Below are positions 1-12,085 of a DNA stretch of 43,401 bases, in pieces; the first letter of the stretch is position 1; each line of letters starts with the position of its first letter. The stretch is from assembly GCA_008632985.1 (NCBI GenBank), contig QPGO01000161.1:124001-167401 (forward strand), given 5' to 3'. The position numbers and the translations under genes were made by a program. The stretch comes from Psammoneis japonica (Eukaryota). The notes under the pieces were generated by a model. It did not search any database. It was given only the letters and a program-made list of their open reading frames with translations, and was not told where the DNA came from.

Positions 1-1
1 G

Positions 2-1917
2 GAGCTGAGTCAGGAGAATCGTGTTGATACGAGGTCTGGCTTCATTCTGAATCTCGTTTCATCCGATGGCTCGGCTGTTGGAATAGGAGAAGCAAGTCCA
101 CTTTCAGGACTGCACCCCGAAACAATCGATGAAGCCGAAGCTCAACTCAAACTTATCGACGAAGGACTCAAGCAGATAAAGGAAGAAGACGTGCTACGTT
201 TTGATGCCATGAAGCTGCTTTCCATGAATGGGGCTCTGGAGGAGTACATTGAAACTCTTGTGGCCGCACTCAATCTCGACGATCTCACTCCATCAGTGAA
301 AGCAGGCCTAGAAATGGCTCTCCTTTCACTTGCTTCTCAAGTTCTCAAGAAACCTTTACTTCAAGCTATCTCTGAAAACTTTCCGGGTGATTTATCAGCT
401 CAACCGAGTTGTCTTTCTCTGAACGGTCTAAGCATGAGGGGGCGGTCAACTTCAACTTCAAATCAGCCGCAACGAGGCGAAGACAAGGCGATTGCCTATG
501 AATCCATAAAGGTCAAAGTTGGGCATCAAAGTGTCAAAGAAGACGCCCTATCCATTTCAGCAGCCATCCAAGACATGGAAAGGTTCAGCAGGAATCGAGG
601 CAAAATTAGAGCCGACGCGAACCGAGCTTGGACAATGGAAGACGGTCAAGTCTTTACTAAAGCACTTGAGCGCCTTGAGGTAAGCTCCATGGCTCAAGTC
701 GAATTCATAGAGGAGCCCTTGAAAAAGCACGTTGAAGATACGAGTAAATGGTCATTTGCTATCCAAGTGAAGCAACTTGAGGAGTGGTACAAGCTCACCG
801 GAATACGTTACGCGCTTGACGAGACCTTGGCTGATTTGGCAGAACAATGTGGAAATGACTTCGAAAGCATGAAGAAAGAGATCGAATACGCATTCGCAAA
901 CGAGACGATTGGCTGTGCCGCTTTTGTGTTGAAGCCCTCACTGCTTGGTTTGGAGTTGTCTCTTCGGCTTGCGCGAATGGCTCATGAAGACCTAGCCATC
1001 GGAGCGGTCTTTTCGTCATCCTTTGACTCTGGAGTCGGACTGGCGTACATGTCGGTTCTTGGTGCTATTTCCGATGCCGGAAAGTCGATAAGTCCATCGA
1101 CATTATATGCTCATGGAGCGGGAACATTTAGTCTCCTTGGAGCAGATACACTCTCTCCACCGTTTGCGTCCTACGTCGATGATGCAGGCGTGCTGAACGT
1201 TGCATCATTGTCTAGGGCATTGTATGGTCTAGGCCTCGACGAAATGAGGGAATCTTTGGCAATGAGACTGCCAGAAGAGAAACTTGTTACTCGGACAACT
1301 ATATCCCAGGATACCGAAGACTTTCAATCGTCTGCAAAAACAAGCGGTAGCGGTAGGGAAATCAGCGTTGTCGTATCTCTCCCGCTCCCATTTTCGGACG
1401 ATATCGCCAGTGCACGCTTCACGGATCTTCCTCAAATGTCTCGTTGGTCCCCGTGGCTCAAATCGGTGGCGTATCTTGACGGACGAGAGACGGAATGGAC
1501 GCTAAATGTTCGAGGCGTGGAGCTGTCTTGGAGAGCTGTAAGCACAATCTTGACAGAACCACATCGTGGTATCATGTGGGAATCCGTTTCGGGGTTGAAA
1601 AACATGGGCGTAGCGGAGTTTATCCCCTCATCGGAGGATTCGTGCACAATGAAAGTGAAAATGACCATTGTGACCCCCCGGGTCCTTGCGGCCCTCTTTC
1701 GTGGCACTTCTGTTTTCATTGAAGACTTTCTCCAAAACAAATTCTCAAGTGGAGTCTTGAAATGTTTCGCGACGTTGTCAAAGGGGACTTGGCACTCGAA
1801 CGAGGTGATGTAGAGCTTGGCGATGCGCTATTCGGCGCAGTAGAAGGAAGAGCAAATGCTATTGAAGCGTCCTTGTCCTATCCAGGAGACAAGGAAATAC
1901 CAACTCAAGACTTTTAA
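2..1917 (+). CDS. 3' part of a PHYLLO-like phylloquinone biosynthesis protein: MenC (o-succinylbenzoate synthase, enolase superfamily) domain followed by a polyketide cyclase/START-like domain; 5'-truncated by the window edge
   Basis: The frame is open from position 2 (GIGEASPLSGLHPE), with MenC motifs SIKVKVG, IRADANRAW, EFIEEP, ALDETL, VLKPSLLG and FSSSFDSGVGL. The C-terminal region (FTDLPQMSRWSPWLKSV...WESVSGLKNMG) is START/cyclase-like. A 1-nt deletion in the A-run near 1740 shifts the frame; the corrected frame reads ILKWSLEMFRDVVKGDLALERGD...QDF* and stops at 1915-1917. Confidence 0.8.
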
Positions 1918-2755
1918 AATGAGTTGGTGTTGAAAAAAACGAGTGATATCGCGTACGGCCTTCGCATCGTGCAGTCCAACAGTTACAATGCTCACTACTT
2001 GCCATGCATTTGGCTTACAGTTATTGTTATTCGTTGTCTTTCTCTTGGTAGAGCTACCTACCTCCCGCAACAGAACGGCGGCACGTAGTTTGAACAGTAG
2101 ATCCCCAACCAAAGGCTCTATTATCTTTTCTTTTAATGCTGGATTGAACAGATCGCGCGCAGAGCATAGAGTACAGCAATTGGAGTATCCTGGTCTTGTG
2201 ACGACACGCGTATTGCGTTCTTCGCTCTTTTTTTCCTTGCTAACTGTCTATCAACTGTTTGGTGCCTTCGTCCGGGTTTTCATGGCGATGCCAGTGTAGG
2301 GTTTTTGTCTGAGACAGGATTTTTTTACCGTGACAGTCCACTAAAAAAGTTAGTTAGGCAATTACGTAAGAAAGTGTAGCACATCTTGCTACCCAAACCA
2401 AGCTCCCCTCTCAGGTTTGTTGTGTCGATCGATCATCGGACATTTTTGAAAGAGTTTAGTAGAATTCTACGTGCGTCATACGACACGTCAGCATTTTTGA
2501 AATTTTGAGCGGGAACACATCATCACGCAAGCACACGGAGATTTATATGTGTTCTTTCGCTTTTCGCTTTTCTGACACGATGCAGTCTTCTCCGAATTGG
2601 AACAAAAATGTTCTACTCCTGATGCCTGGAACAAACGGTTGATTGAATCTCTCGTTGCAGCTTTTTGACGTGGAGGGCAGTGTTGCTTATTATCTTCTTA
2701 CGTAAACGAGCCAGCAGGTAAAAAGCATCAGTCATGTGGAGAAAGATCAAAAAGC

Positions 2756-4288
2756 ATGTTGTCCCCGTTGAGCAGAAATTCCCAAACGGCACACGCATCT
2801 CAAAGGAATACTGCAGCCGCTACAATGATGAGAGAGGAGGAAGATATTTACAACATGTGTATTGGCGTGGTACAGAGCTATTGTTATTGTAGAGACAGGG
2901 GCAAGTGGATGTATAATGTCTTGTTCCCATGGTTAGATCTTGGGTGTCACAACGTGAACATCAAAATGACTGAAGAACAAGTAGCAGAATGTTGTAGCAG
3001 CGGTTTAACAGACAAACCGGAGGCTTATTATCGCTACTACTTTGGACCCTATGAAGATTATGATAACCGCGAGAACATGCTTGCCCGAGTTGAAGTCGAT
3101 TGGAAATTGTTTGGTCAGGATTTGAACCGTATACCGAAAATTGCGTTGGAACATGACTTCTGCCATTGTTCTGCTCTTCACTACGCCGTGTTAGCACGTG
3201 ACGTACCCATTGCCATTATTGAAAAGCTGTTGAAAATTCATCCAGAGGCTCGAAAAGAAAATCCTGATGGAGAGGACTGTCCTGGCATTTTGAACTGGAT
3301 CATTAATAGACGGAGAAACGAGTTCGACCAGTTCCGTTCCGATATTCTCCGGCTTGTGCTTTCTCGCGATCCCGATTTGGCAGTGGAAAGGAGAAACGAC
3401 ATGGAGCGTGCATCCTACGCAGTGGACGCCATCATTAGGCACACAATGGGCCCCATTAGCGATCAAATCAAGGTGGTCCTCGAGACGAGTCCCATTGCTG
3501 TGGGCAATCTACTTGCTCGACAGTTTGAACGTGGAGACGTTTTTGACAATGACAAGCTGTTTGAGTTTACGATGCGTTGCGCCCGCCGTCATCTAAGGAG
3601 TCACTTTGAAGTGTTTTGTATGGAACTGGAAGACATGCCTAATTTGTTGCATCGAGCGTTATTCTTGTACATTGGATCAGATGACGTAGATGATGGCGAC
3701 GACGAATCGCGCCGATTCACACTATTCGAAACAATCTTTCGCGCTCTTGATGACTCAAACAAGGCTTTGTTTCCACGGTACATTAAAATGTTTGCCGAGG
3801 CTCTACACGAAAAGGTACAAAGTGCAGAAGATTGTGCACCGAGAATTGATTTGAATTCAACGACTTGTTGCGTGCTGTACACCTTGTCGATTGTGCCAAA
3901 GCAATATTCGTGGGTATGCAAAGCCGAGGAGCTTTGGACATATTACTTTGAATACTTTTGCCAGGAAGTGAGCCGAGAAACAAAAGATTCTTCTCCACCT
4001 CTTTTTACCGCAATTCGACTCGGCCATGGCTGGAATCCTGTACTCAAGGACATTATTCAGCAAGACAAGACTGCTGTTGACTTTCAGCACACTCCGGCCT
4101 TTATCGTGGCGGCGACTGTAAATCCTGGTGATGAAATTGCTGCTGTCAACACTCTATTTGAGCTTCTTCGATATGACCCGGGTGTATTAGAGGCTCAACT
4201 TTGCAGAACAGACGCAAACACACCGGCTCAACAATGTGCTGTCCTACAGAACGTGCTGGAGGGAGTGTCATACACAACCAATTCATAA
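2756..4288 (+). CDS. Hypothetical protein, 510 aa, weakly ankyrin-like
   Basis: Long ORF with normal composition (Tyr present). It contains SALHYAV, NLLHRAL, PPLFTAI and a C-terminal FIVAAT...NTLFELLRYDPGVL resembling diatom ankyrin-like families. Confidence 0.6.
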   Translation: MLSPLSRNSQTAHASQRNTAAATMMREEEDIYNMCIGVVQSYCYCRDRGKWMYNVLFPWLDLGCHNVNIKMTEEQVAECCSSGLTDKPEAYYRYYFGPYEDYDNRENMLARVEVDWKLFGQDLNRIPKIALEHDFCHCSALHYAVLARDVPIAIIEKLLKIHPEARKENPDGEDCPGILNWIINRRRNEFDQFRSDILRLVLSRDPDLAVERRNDMERASYAVDAIIRHTMGPISDQIKVVLETSPIAVGNLLARQFERGDVFDNDKLFEFTMRCARRHLRSHFEVFCMELEDMPNLLHRALFLYIGSDDVDDGDDESRRFTLFETIFRALDDSNKALFPRYIKMFAEALHEKVQSAEDCAPRIDLNSTTCCVLYTLSIVPKQYSWVCKAEELWTYYFEYFCQEVSRETKDSSPPLFTAIRLGHGWNPVLKDIIQQDKTAVDFQHTPAFIVAATVNPGDEIAAVNTLFELLRYDPGVLEAQLCRTDANTPAQQCAVLQNVLEGVSYTTNS

Positions 4289-4480
4289 TTCTATTCAAAA
4301 GCATCATTGGAATGAGTCATTATCTACATAATTAAAAAGCTTTCATACGCACTATTTCTTGGGGCATGCTATCGCTTCTCTTCAATGCAAATACAAATAC
4401 CTTGCCACCATCCCGATCCGATTATTTCTAGAAGCGAGCAAAACCATGTTTCATCGGACTCCTGCGGTCGCACCAGGGTG

Positions 4481-5419
4481 TTACTCCACGGCAATAGAAT
4501 ATTCGGCGGGGTTAAGCTGATATGGCGATTCGGGATGAATGTATAGATCGGAGTTCTTCACCACATTGCTATAACGTTGATACCCGGCCGCGTGCAATAT
4601 ATCTCGTGTTTCCTGCACCGAAGCGCGGGCTTCCGGCTTGTCGTAATGGGCTTCCACCATGAAAACATCCACATGAATTTCCGAGAAATCCAACGTTTTC
4701 AATACCAGTGGTTCGGCATGCTCCACGTCTAGAGAAAAGAACGAAACACGAGGCATAAGGGCTTTCAACACGGGTCCCAGCGGACCACAGGGGACTGTGA
4801 TTTTCGTTTGAGCCGTGTCGTCCACATCAAATTGCCCCGATCCTGGTTTAGCTCTGGCATCAAATTCAATCGTCGAATTGACTTGCATGCAAGAAGCGGC
4901 AAAAGACAGGCGATGCGCATTGGGACGGTTCTTAATCAAATTTGGAAACACTCTTGGACTTGCTTCAATGAGGAGCCCTTTCCAACCGAGGCAGGCTTCA
5001 AAAAAGCGAGTGTTAGACCAATGATAACCATCAAAGGCTCCGAGTTCAACAAACGTCCCATTATAAGCCTTTTGGAAGAGGACTCGACTTAACGTCTCGT
5101 CTTCCCCAAACTGTGAGCGACTATATTTTCCTTGTGCAAAGTAGTCATGGAACTCGGGAGGCTCGCCACACAGCGACGAATCAATCACTGAATCCTTGTT
5201 TTGAGGTGCCTGATACTGATATCGCTGACGAAAAAATTCCAACTGACGTTGCTTTTCTGCTATTGTTGCGTCGTGCAAATAACGTGAGGTCGAGTTTCTC
5301 CAGAAATGATGCTGGACACAAGTCAGGCCAATGGCCGCTACAGCCATTATGGTTTTAACGTCACTGCATCCCAGTAGACATCCGTTTCTCCCATTTTTCT
5401 TTCGTGTGACAATCCGCAT
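4481..5419 (-). CDS. FkbM-family (Methyltransf_21) SAM-dependent methyltransferase with N-terminal membrane anchor
   Basis: Motifs SQFGED, GTFVELGAFDG..SNTRFFE..LGWKGLLIEA, FFSLDVEHAE. Confidence 0.85.
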   Translation of the reverse strand: MRIVTRKKNGRNGCLLGCSDVKTIMAVAAIGLTCVQHHFWRNSTSRYLHDATIAEKQRQLEFFRQRYQYQAPQNKDSVIDSSLCGEPPEFHDYFAQGKYSRSQFGEDETLSRVLFQKAYNGTFVELGAFDGYHWSNTRFFEACLGWKGLLIEASPRVFPNLIKNRPNAHRLSFAASCMQVNSTIEFDARAKPGSGQFDVDDTAQTKITVPCGPLGPVLKALMPRVSFFSLDVEHAEPLVLKTLDFSEIHVDVFMVEAHYDKPEARASVQETRDILHAAGYQRYSNVVKNSDLYIHPESPYQLNPAEYSIAVE

Positions 5420-5750
5420 GGTGTTGTATAGTGAGGGCCGCCAAGTGAGCCTCCGTTGTGTTTGCTGTCAGAATAACCTGTACAGCACATTATTTTCAGC
5501 AAAATTGTAAATTGTGAGAGCTTGCGGTCTTCCGTGCGTTGAACTCTTATTCTAACATACATTCTCTAGGGTTTTCATATAACTAAAGGAGTTGAGCAAG
5601 CCCACGATACTGTACAGACAGTACGATTGTGGCGATACTACTGTACAGTATCGAATTTAGATTCCATTCATTGTCTTGCTTTCCTTCAGTTCTGTTTGAT
5701 AGCATTTAAGACATACACCCGGCATTTTGTCCATCAACCAGACAAAATTA

Positions 5751-7275
5751 TAGGGCCCTACTTACATCATGTCCACATGTGGGCCGTAAAAAATTTGCGG
5801 CCCATGTGTGCTTGCATTTCCGTGCAATTTTTTGCCGATTTCTCCCTCCACCATGGCGGACCCTGCGGCTGGCCCCACCGGTGAAGGACATTCACTCCAG
5901 CAATCTTGGACGCCTGACAACATCATCAGGGAAATGCCAGATGTGTCAGAATTGCTTGCAGCGGGAACAGAGACATGCATTTTTTCTTGCCTCTGTTCAA
6001 GACACGCCGCAAAACCCGGCATCGCAGTCTGCTGATGAAGCACCACCTGTTTCTTGGGTGCACGACCCCCCTCCAAGTGTTCCTGTGGAGCATCCAGTGG
6101 CCAACAGAGTTTGGGTGCAACTCAGCTTTGCCAAACAAAAAAGTTGATTGTTTCTGATGTGAAGCACTTGCACCCTCGACATGAGCCGCTGCACTCCGCC
6201 GAGGAAAGCACATCACCGGCATTGACAAGGGTGGAGTCAGCACTGTCTGTCTCATTTTTGTCCTGCAAGGCAGCCAACAAAGACAGACCAGACAAATTCT
6301 GAGTGGACTTTGTTGTGCATTGGGCGCGCTTCAGCATTTTGTTCTCCACTTGGTTGAGGCACAAGATCAGCAGCTGTGGGGGTCGTGCAATTTTTGGGAT
6401 TGAAAATTGAAAAAAGGAACAACTGTTGCATCCATTTTGGACCAAGAATGGACACACGGATGCATTTGTTTTTGTTCTGTTGGTGCAAATGGGGTGTGAA
6501 GAGATGCGCTGTTAAGTTGCTTTGCCAGGAGAGCAAGGCAAACCCAATTTTAAGCAAAACAAGCACACAAAGATGGGGCACGGTTCTTGCAGCATCAGCA
6601 TGCATGCAGCACCAGCACATGTCACCTTCTGACAATCATTTGCATGGCCCAGGTCATCTGGCAACCATTCTCACAGCATTGGGAACTGCTCCATTTTGGA
6701 CTTGGCGGCGAAAGATCTGAGAATTTTTCATGATGCCCATGAGTCCATTGTTTGTGCTTCTTGTCCCGGTGGCCCACCCATTTGACATCTGCCCAAATTG
6801 TGCAAACAATGTGCAAATGACAAACTGACTGAGCACCATCCAAGCCATTGTGTTGACAATGAGCCTTGGGAGTTGCTGCTGCCTCCTCATCTTCAGTGGT
6901 TTTTGCACTCATCTCTTCATGTTCTTTCTCATCCTCTGCACCTTTGTGTGCTGTCACATCTTCCTCAGACACTTCGGGCTTGTCCCCCTCTTCTTGCTTG
7001 TGGCTCATGGCTGCCACTCAAATTGTTGCCAGCCACCACATGTTTGTCCTCAATGTTGCTTTCTTCATCAGCTGAACCAATCATCTCGTCTGGAGCTGGC
7101 ACATCGTCGGACATCATGTCATCCTCTTCTGAAGAGCTCATTGTTCAAATGGACACAAAACTGATTTTTCCTGTGCAAAAATGACAACAAGATGAGCTTT
7201 GTTTTAAGAATTGTGGCAAATTTGCGGCCCACATGTGGGTCGCAAAAATTTGCTTGGCCATGTGCAAATGTCAGA
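5751..7275. mobile_element. Probable degraded DNA transposon remnant
   Basis: Related palindromic motifs (ACATGTGGGCCG..AAATTTGCGGCCC) at about 5775-5805 and 7218-7252 bracket a TpA-depleted interior. No protein was confidently recognised. Confidence 0.35.
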
Positions 7276-7524
7276 TCATTTGGAGAAGAACCTGCCTCAA
7301 GTTTGCCATCACAGTGCTGGTGGTGGGTGACACTTGGTGCTGGTGAGTCATTGCCAAGAGATGGCTGCATCCCAGTCACTGCTCGTTCTGATGGTGAGAG
7401 ATGGAATTTTGAAGCTTCGGGTGCTGGTGTGCTTGTCACAACAAATGCTGCGCTTTCTGCCTCCAATGCCGTGCAAATCATTTTCCTGATTCTCACATCT
7501 GCACTGAGACACATGGGAAAAGTT

Positions 7525-7980
7525 CACAGAAAATGACAAAGAAGTGGATGGAAGAAAACAACAGCTCCTTGCTGCTGTCTAAACAGCAGCCCAAAAGATG
7601 TCATGTTGTGATGACAGCACTGCTGTCATCATTCTTGTGAGTTGAGTGGCTTGAGAGCAAAACTGCATTGCGTGGCTGCGTGGCTGTGTGCATGGAACCA
7701 AGAGCACACACGTCTGTGTGTGACAAACAAATGAACAAAGTCAGGCCACTCTCATTGTGCTTGAGGGAGCCACAGAGACAGATTTGAGGTTGGAGGGGCT
7801 GAAGACCTCTCAAGGTCTGAGTTCTAAGTTCCAGAACATGAGAGGACAGAGAAGATTCTGGATCTGCAAGTGACCCCAATGCTTGCTGAGAATTTCAGTG
7901 GGATTGCAGGAAGCTTCAATGAAGCGAAACTTGAGGAAACCAGAGGCAGTTGCCTCAGGAACATTGTGGAATGAGAGGGC
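7525..7980 (-). mobile_element. Degenerate 3' end of a CoDi-like Copia element (RNase H tail, PPT, LTR)
   Basis: 7525-7745 matches the reverse complement of the LTR at 41112-41387. 7740-7980 parallels 8300-8535. Confidence 0.7.
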
Positions 7981-7988
7981 TGTGTGTC

Positions 7989-8167
7989 AATTCATAATTC
8001 CATTCAAAAGCATCATTGGAGTTGTCCACATGATCAATGAGCTTTCATGAGCACTGTTTCTTGGGGCATGCTGTCACTTCTCCACCATGCAAATGCAAAC
8101 ACCTTGCCACCATCCCGATTTGATTGTTTCTGGAAGCAAGCAAAACCATCTTTCATTGGACTCCTGC
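7989..8167 (+). repeat. Mutated copy of 4280-4465 (region between two converging genes)
   Basis: Direct alignment by eye; the differences are mostly TA>TG/CA and CG>TG/CA. Confidence 0.9.
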
Positions 8168-9410
8168 CATGCTGCCACTGTCATTCTTGTGAGCTGAGCA
8201 GCTTGAGAGCAAAACTTCATCACGCGGCTGTGTGTGTGCAGAGCCAAGAGCAAACATGTCTGTGTGTGAAAAACAAACAAAATCCTGCTCAAATCCTGCA
8301 AGGCCACTCCCCATTGTGCTTGAGGAGGGAGCCACAGAGATGGGTTCAATGTCAGATTGTCCGAAGGCCTTGGGGTTGAAGCTCCAGAAGGACAATGATT
8401 CCAGATCTGTGAGTGACTCCAGTGCTTGCTGAGAGTGTCAGCGGGTTTGTGGGGACCTTCAATGAAGTGAAGCTTGAGAAAACCAGAGGACCAGATGCAG
8501 TCACCCTGCAAACACAATGGAGCAAGAGGGCGGCATGTTGCTTGTTGTGCAGCTTGGAGTGGTTGGGAGATGGCAGCACTGTCCACACAGCTGACTTGTT
8601 GCCCCCAAAACATGTGACACATGTCATGGATTGGGGCACCAAGGCAATGCAATGTGATGAACAGATCAAAGATCTGTTCAATGCATGTGCGGGCAGCAAC
8701 AAACTCAGATCCACCTGCAGGTTGCAGTCTCAAATGTGGCTTGTTTCTTGGAGAACCAATCAGCCAGAAACTTGTTGAGGAAATGAAAGATGCCCACAAC
8801 AGAGCATCCAGTGAGCAGGCAATGGAACAAGCTCACGCCAACACAATGAGTGGCAGTGACAAACTTGCCAAGAGGCTCGGGTGCATCTTCAGGAATCAGT
8901 TCTTTCACATTGCCACACACAGTGTTGGCCCAATCACACACAGGCTTGGGAAGGTCCAAACAGTTGCGTTCCTCAGTGTGCACATGCAAGGCACCATGTC
9001 GCATCTTGGACAAGTGATTGCAGACATGTTTTGCTTGATCTGGGTGGCCTTGGTGGGGGGTGCACTGCATGGAAGCTGGACAGAGATGTGGCAGCTGTGG
9101 CGACATCAATGCAACCAAGCAACACAGCCCATTGCAATGAAGAACCCACCAAAGGCTGAAGCTGATGGATGCCAACTGGGCTGAGCAGTTCAGAGGTTTC
9201 AAGCTCTGGGTGGTCTCCCTTGTTGAGGGGAGATAGCACATCAATGCAAGGTTTCTTCCCAAAGAGGTGTGCACAGCTGTCGACCATGCATCCAATGCAC
9301 TTGCCGCAGAAATGGCACAGAGTCTTTTCACAGGCATGACAAGGACTTTCTTGAGCAATCCAAAAGATGAACAGTGCTCTCTTTCCTTCTGGCCATGGAC
9401 ACCACAACTC
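8165..9410 (-). mobile_element. Degraded Ty1/Copia (diatom CoDi-like) retrotransposon: RT C-terminus/RNase H, PPT and partial 3' LTR
   Basis: Peptides SPLNKGDHPELETSELL, GNVKELIPEDAPEPLGKFV, DWFSKKQATFETAT, GSEFVAART and PADTLSKHW. A purine tract ATGGGGAG on the minus strand near 8307-8314 is followed by LTR-like sequence. Confidence 0.9.
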
Positions 9411-9901
9411 CGTGCTGGGTCCTTTTCTACGTTGGATTTACAATCATCACCCCCTTTGACGCCAATTTGCAGAACAAGAATGCCATTCTTTTCTTTGGGA
9501 GCAACCCTTTTGATTGACCTCCGGCTTCTCGCAAATGGAGTCTTGCGGCCCTGGAGATTTTAAATCTTTGCGGTTTTTGGACGACATGGTTGAATGTGGA
9601 CACGACAGTGACCAATTTTCGTTCTTGGATGAGTTCGGCAAACCTGGCAATCGTTACACGTGCAGTCAAGATGCAACTTTTCCCATGATGGCGGGAAGCT
9701 CTGAACCGCAGGAAATTCCTTTGGCTTCCATTACGACCGATTTTGATTGGCAGAAGTGAGTCCTCTTTGTGAGTGCTATTACAATTTTCATAGACCGGAA
9801 CAATGCACCTTCAATTTTTTTTGGTAACTTTCTTTACAGTAGTGACATTTTTTAAAACACAAAAACAACAAAGGCGGCGACTAGATTGTTCGCTCGGTGC
9901 A

Positions 9902-10929
9902 CTATCCAGCATACACTACAAGTACAAGGACAGCAACTGGAGACTTCGCAAAGTTATACGCGGCTGAATAAAGCAGCAAAGAAGCTGATCTATTAATTCT
10001 TTTCCTTGACATCCAAAGCACGAAAGTATGTAGCAAATGACTCCTCAAGCATTCCAAGCATGAAGTGGGTGAGAGTATCTGTTGTGCCAGAGTCCCAAGC
10101 TTTAATAGCCTCAAAGTATTGTGTCTTTTTGCGTTGCGGACGACGAGGGCAGGACAGCCTTCTCGAAGCAGAACATAGTTCATTAGAAGGCGCGCCATCC
10201 TACCATTACCGTCGCGAAACGGGTGAATCCGGGCAAAGATGGTGTGGCAAGACACAGCCAGAAGGAATGGATGAACCCCTTCGGCTGTGCTGCACGATAG
10301 CCAACTAAGAAATTCCGTCAGAAGGTTTTTCACCTCCCACTGTGGCGCAAATAGTTTTTTCTCTCCCGAAATCATCGCAATTTCCATGCCTGATCGCAAA
10401 ATTCCACCGACTTCCGATTCAAATAATACCATACCGTGCAGCTGCTTTAAGTGATCCATGGTAAGGTCGGTTTTCTTGCGACTGAGTTGCAGCGCCTCGT
10501 CGAATGCCCTTTTGTGACCAATAATGTCGTAAACATCGCGTAGCTTCTACCACGGCCGGGGCAGAAACCGGACAAGATAAGCGCTGTTTCTTTGGCAGTC
10601 AGCGGGTTCCCTTCAATAGCATTACTGTTGTATGTCATATCTTGGCCAATTTTTTCAAGAATCTCCTTGATAGCTTCGACCCGAAATGGTCTGTCTGGAT
10701 GCAACAAGTTCCGTTTCGCTGATAGCCCGGCTAGCCGTCGGCCATGTAAAGCCGCGAGATTGGTGAAGAGCTTCGCATATTCTTTGAATATCTTTCCAAA
10801 TGGATCCTGGTTACCTCGATACACCCTTGTCTGCCGCAGAGTTGCGTTGGCCGGGTTGGCTGCCGTGGAGAGTGACATGTTAGTGGCAGCACTGGCGGTG
10901 TGCTTGGAAGACGGAGAAGAATTGACCAA
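9902..10929 (-). CDS. Fic-domain (AMPylase) protein, class II type, split by frameshift(s)
   Basis: Canonical HPFRDGNGRMAR motif in ORF 9902-10459. The autoinhibitory-type SNAIEGN motif lies in the upstream ORF 10447-10929. The frames join around 10460-10540. Confidence 0.8.
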
Positions 10930-11054
10930 CGGAAATTAAAAGACAGCAAATTCATGCCGATCACGGAATGAATTGACCGCTGTTTTCTGACAAGGTAGTT
11001 TTCAAAGAAAGCTCAAGCTTTGGATGCGATTGAAATGCCGTTGCCAGTTCCTGC

Positions 11055-11790
11055 TTATTCTCTGTATGTTACCCACGGGTGATCTTTCACTTCACTCAAA
11101 GAAAGACGCTCATGCGGATCTTCTCGGAACATTCCTTGTAACAAATCAGCAGCCAATTCACTAATGGGACGCCCCCACAATCTGACCATTCGTTTTAAGC
11201 CACCTTCCACCACCATTCTGTATCGCGGATCCTCTTTCATAGCAAACTCCCACGGCGGCAGTCCAACCAACATGATGAACAAGGTGACGCCGGCGGCCCA
11301 CAAGTCTATGGCAAAATCATCAAACGGCTCTTGACTATGTAATACTTCTGGTGAAATGTAATTGGGCTTACCACAAGGTGTCAAAGGTGTGATAAGACGC
11401 CGTAATGTTCCGGCAGATACGTCTGTCACGTTGCCAGTTTCGGGGTCATTGTATGGTGCCCTCAAGCACATGCCAAAATCGAACACGACAGACTTCTTGT
11501 ATTCATCGACCAGTATGTTTTCAAGCGCTGTGTTACGGTGGCACACCCCAGCCCTCTGCAGATGGGAAAGAGCCTGAGAAAATCATAAAGAAAAATGAGA
11601 ACTAGGAATCAAGGAGTTTTTGCACAACTGTGTGAGTTGCAACGCACCTCTGGGATTTGTTGGAATCAGTAACGCGCCACGGGTTCTGAAAAGCGTCCTG
11701 CGCGCTGTACGAAGCCAAAAAGATTGCCCGGGGAATAAAATGGCATGAACATGAGCAGGTAGTCGTCATCCGCCAATGTTTCTAGTATCT
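11055..11790 (-). pseudogene. Ser/Thr protein kinase C-lobe fragment (CAMK-like), probably a pseudogene; intron at 11574-11647
   Basis: DFG, CGKPNYISPE and DLWAAG are present, but the catalytic loop reads HRNTALEN (no Asp). The upstream exon GNLFGFVQRAGRFSEPVARY*FQQ has an in-frame TGA. The 74-nt intron has GT..AG ends. No N-lobe was recognised. Confidence 0.7.
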
Positions 11791-12085
11791 TTCGAACTCA
11801 GCGTACCTGAGGCTTTTAAGTGCCTGCCGGGACATGCTTTTAACCACTGCCTTGGCTGGAGTTGACTCCCAAGGCACGGCCGCATCATTGCGATAGCGCA
11901 AAACACTACATTGTCGGACGACACCAAAGACGTTCTTTTAGTTTTCGTCCCACCCAATCCCCATCAATGGCGCACTTCTCATGCTGACCCCCGCTCACTT
12001 TTACCAAATGGTTCAAACGCCAAACTCCCCCTCGTGCCAAGAAAAGCTTTTGCAGTTTCTTTTCTTCCGTCAAGTCATCGTCGTC

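Noticed and set aside
5800..9410. Classical fungal RIP or plain CpG methylation decay as the explanation
   Set aside because: RIP creates TA and these tracts lack it. CpG decay cannot remove TA, and some tracts lose TA while keeping CG.
9420..9759. Possible orphan 3' exon of a host gene truncated by the Copia insertion
   Set aside because: No recognisable domain and the frames are broken, so it cannot be supported.
11667..11669. In-frame TGA in the kinase as selenocysteine
   Set aside because: The position corresponds to Trp rather than Cys, and the gene also lacks the catalytic Asp and the N-lobe.
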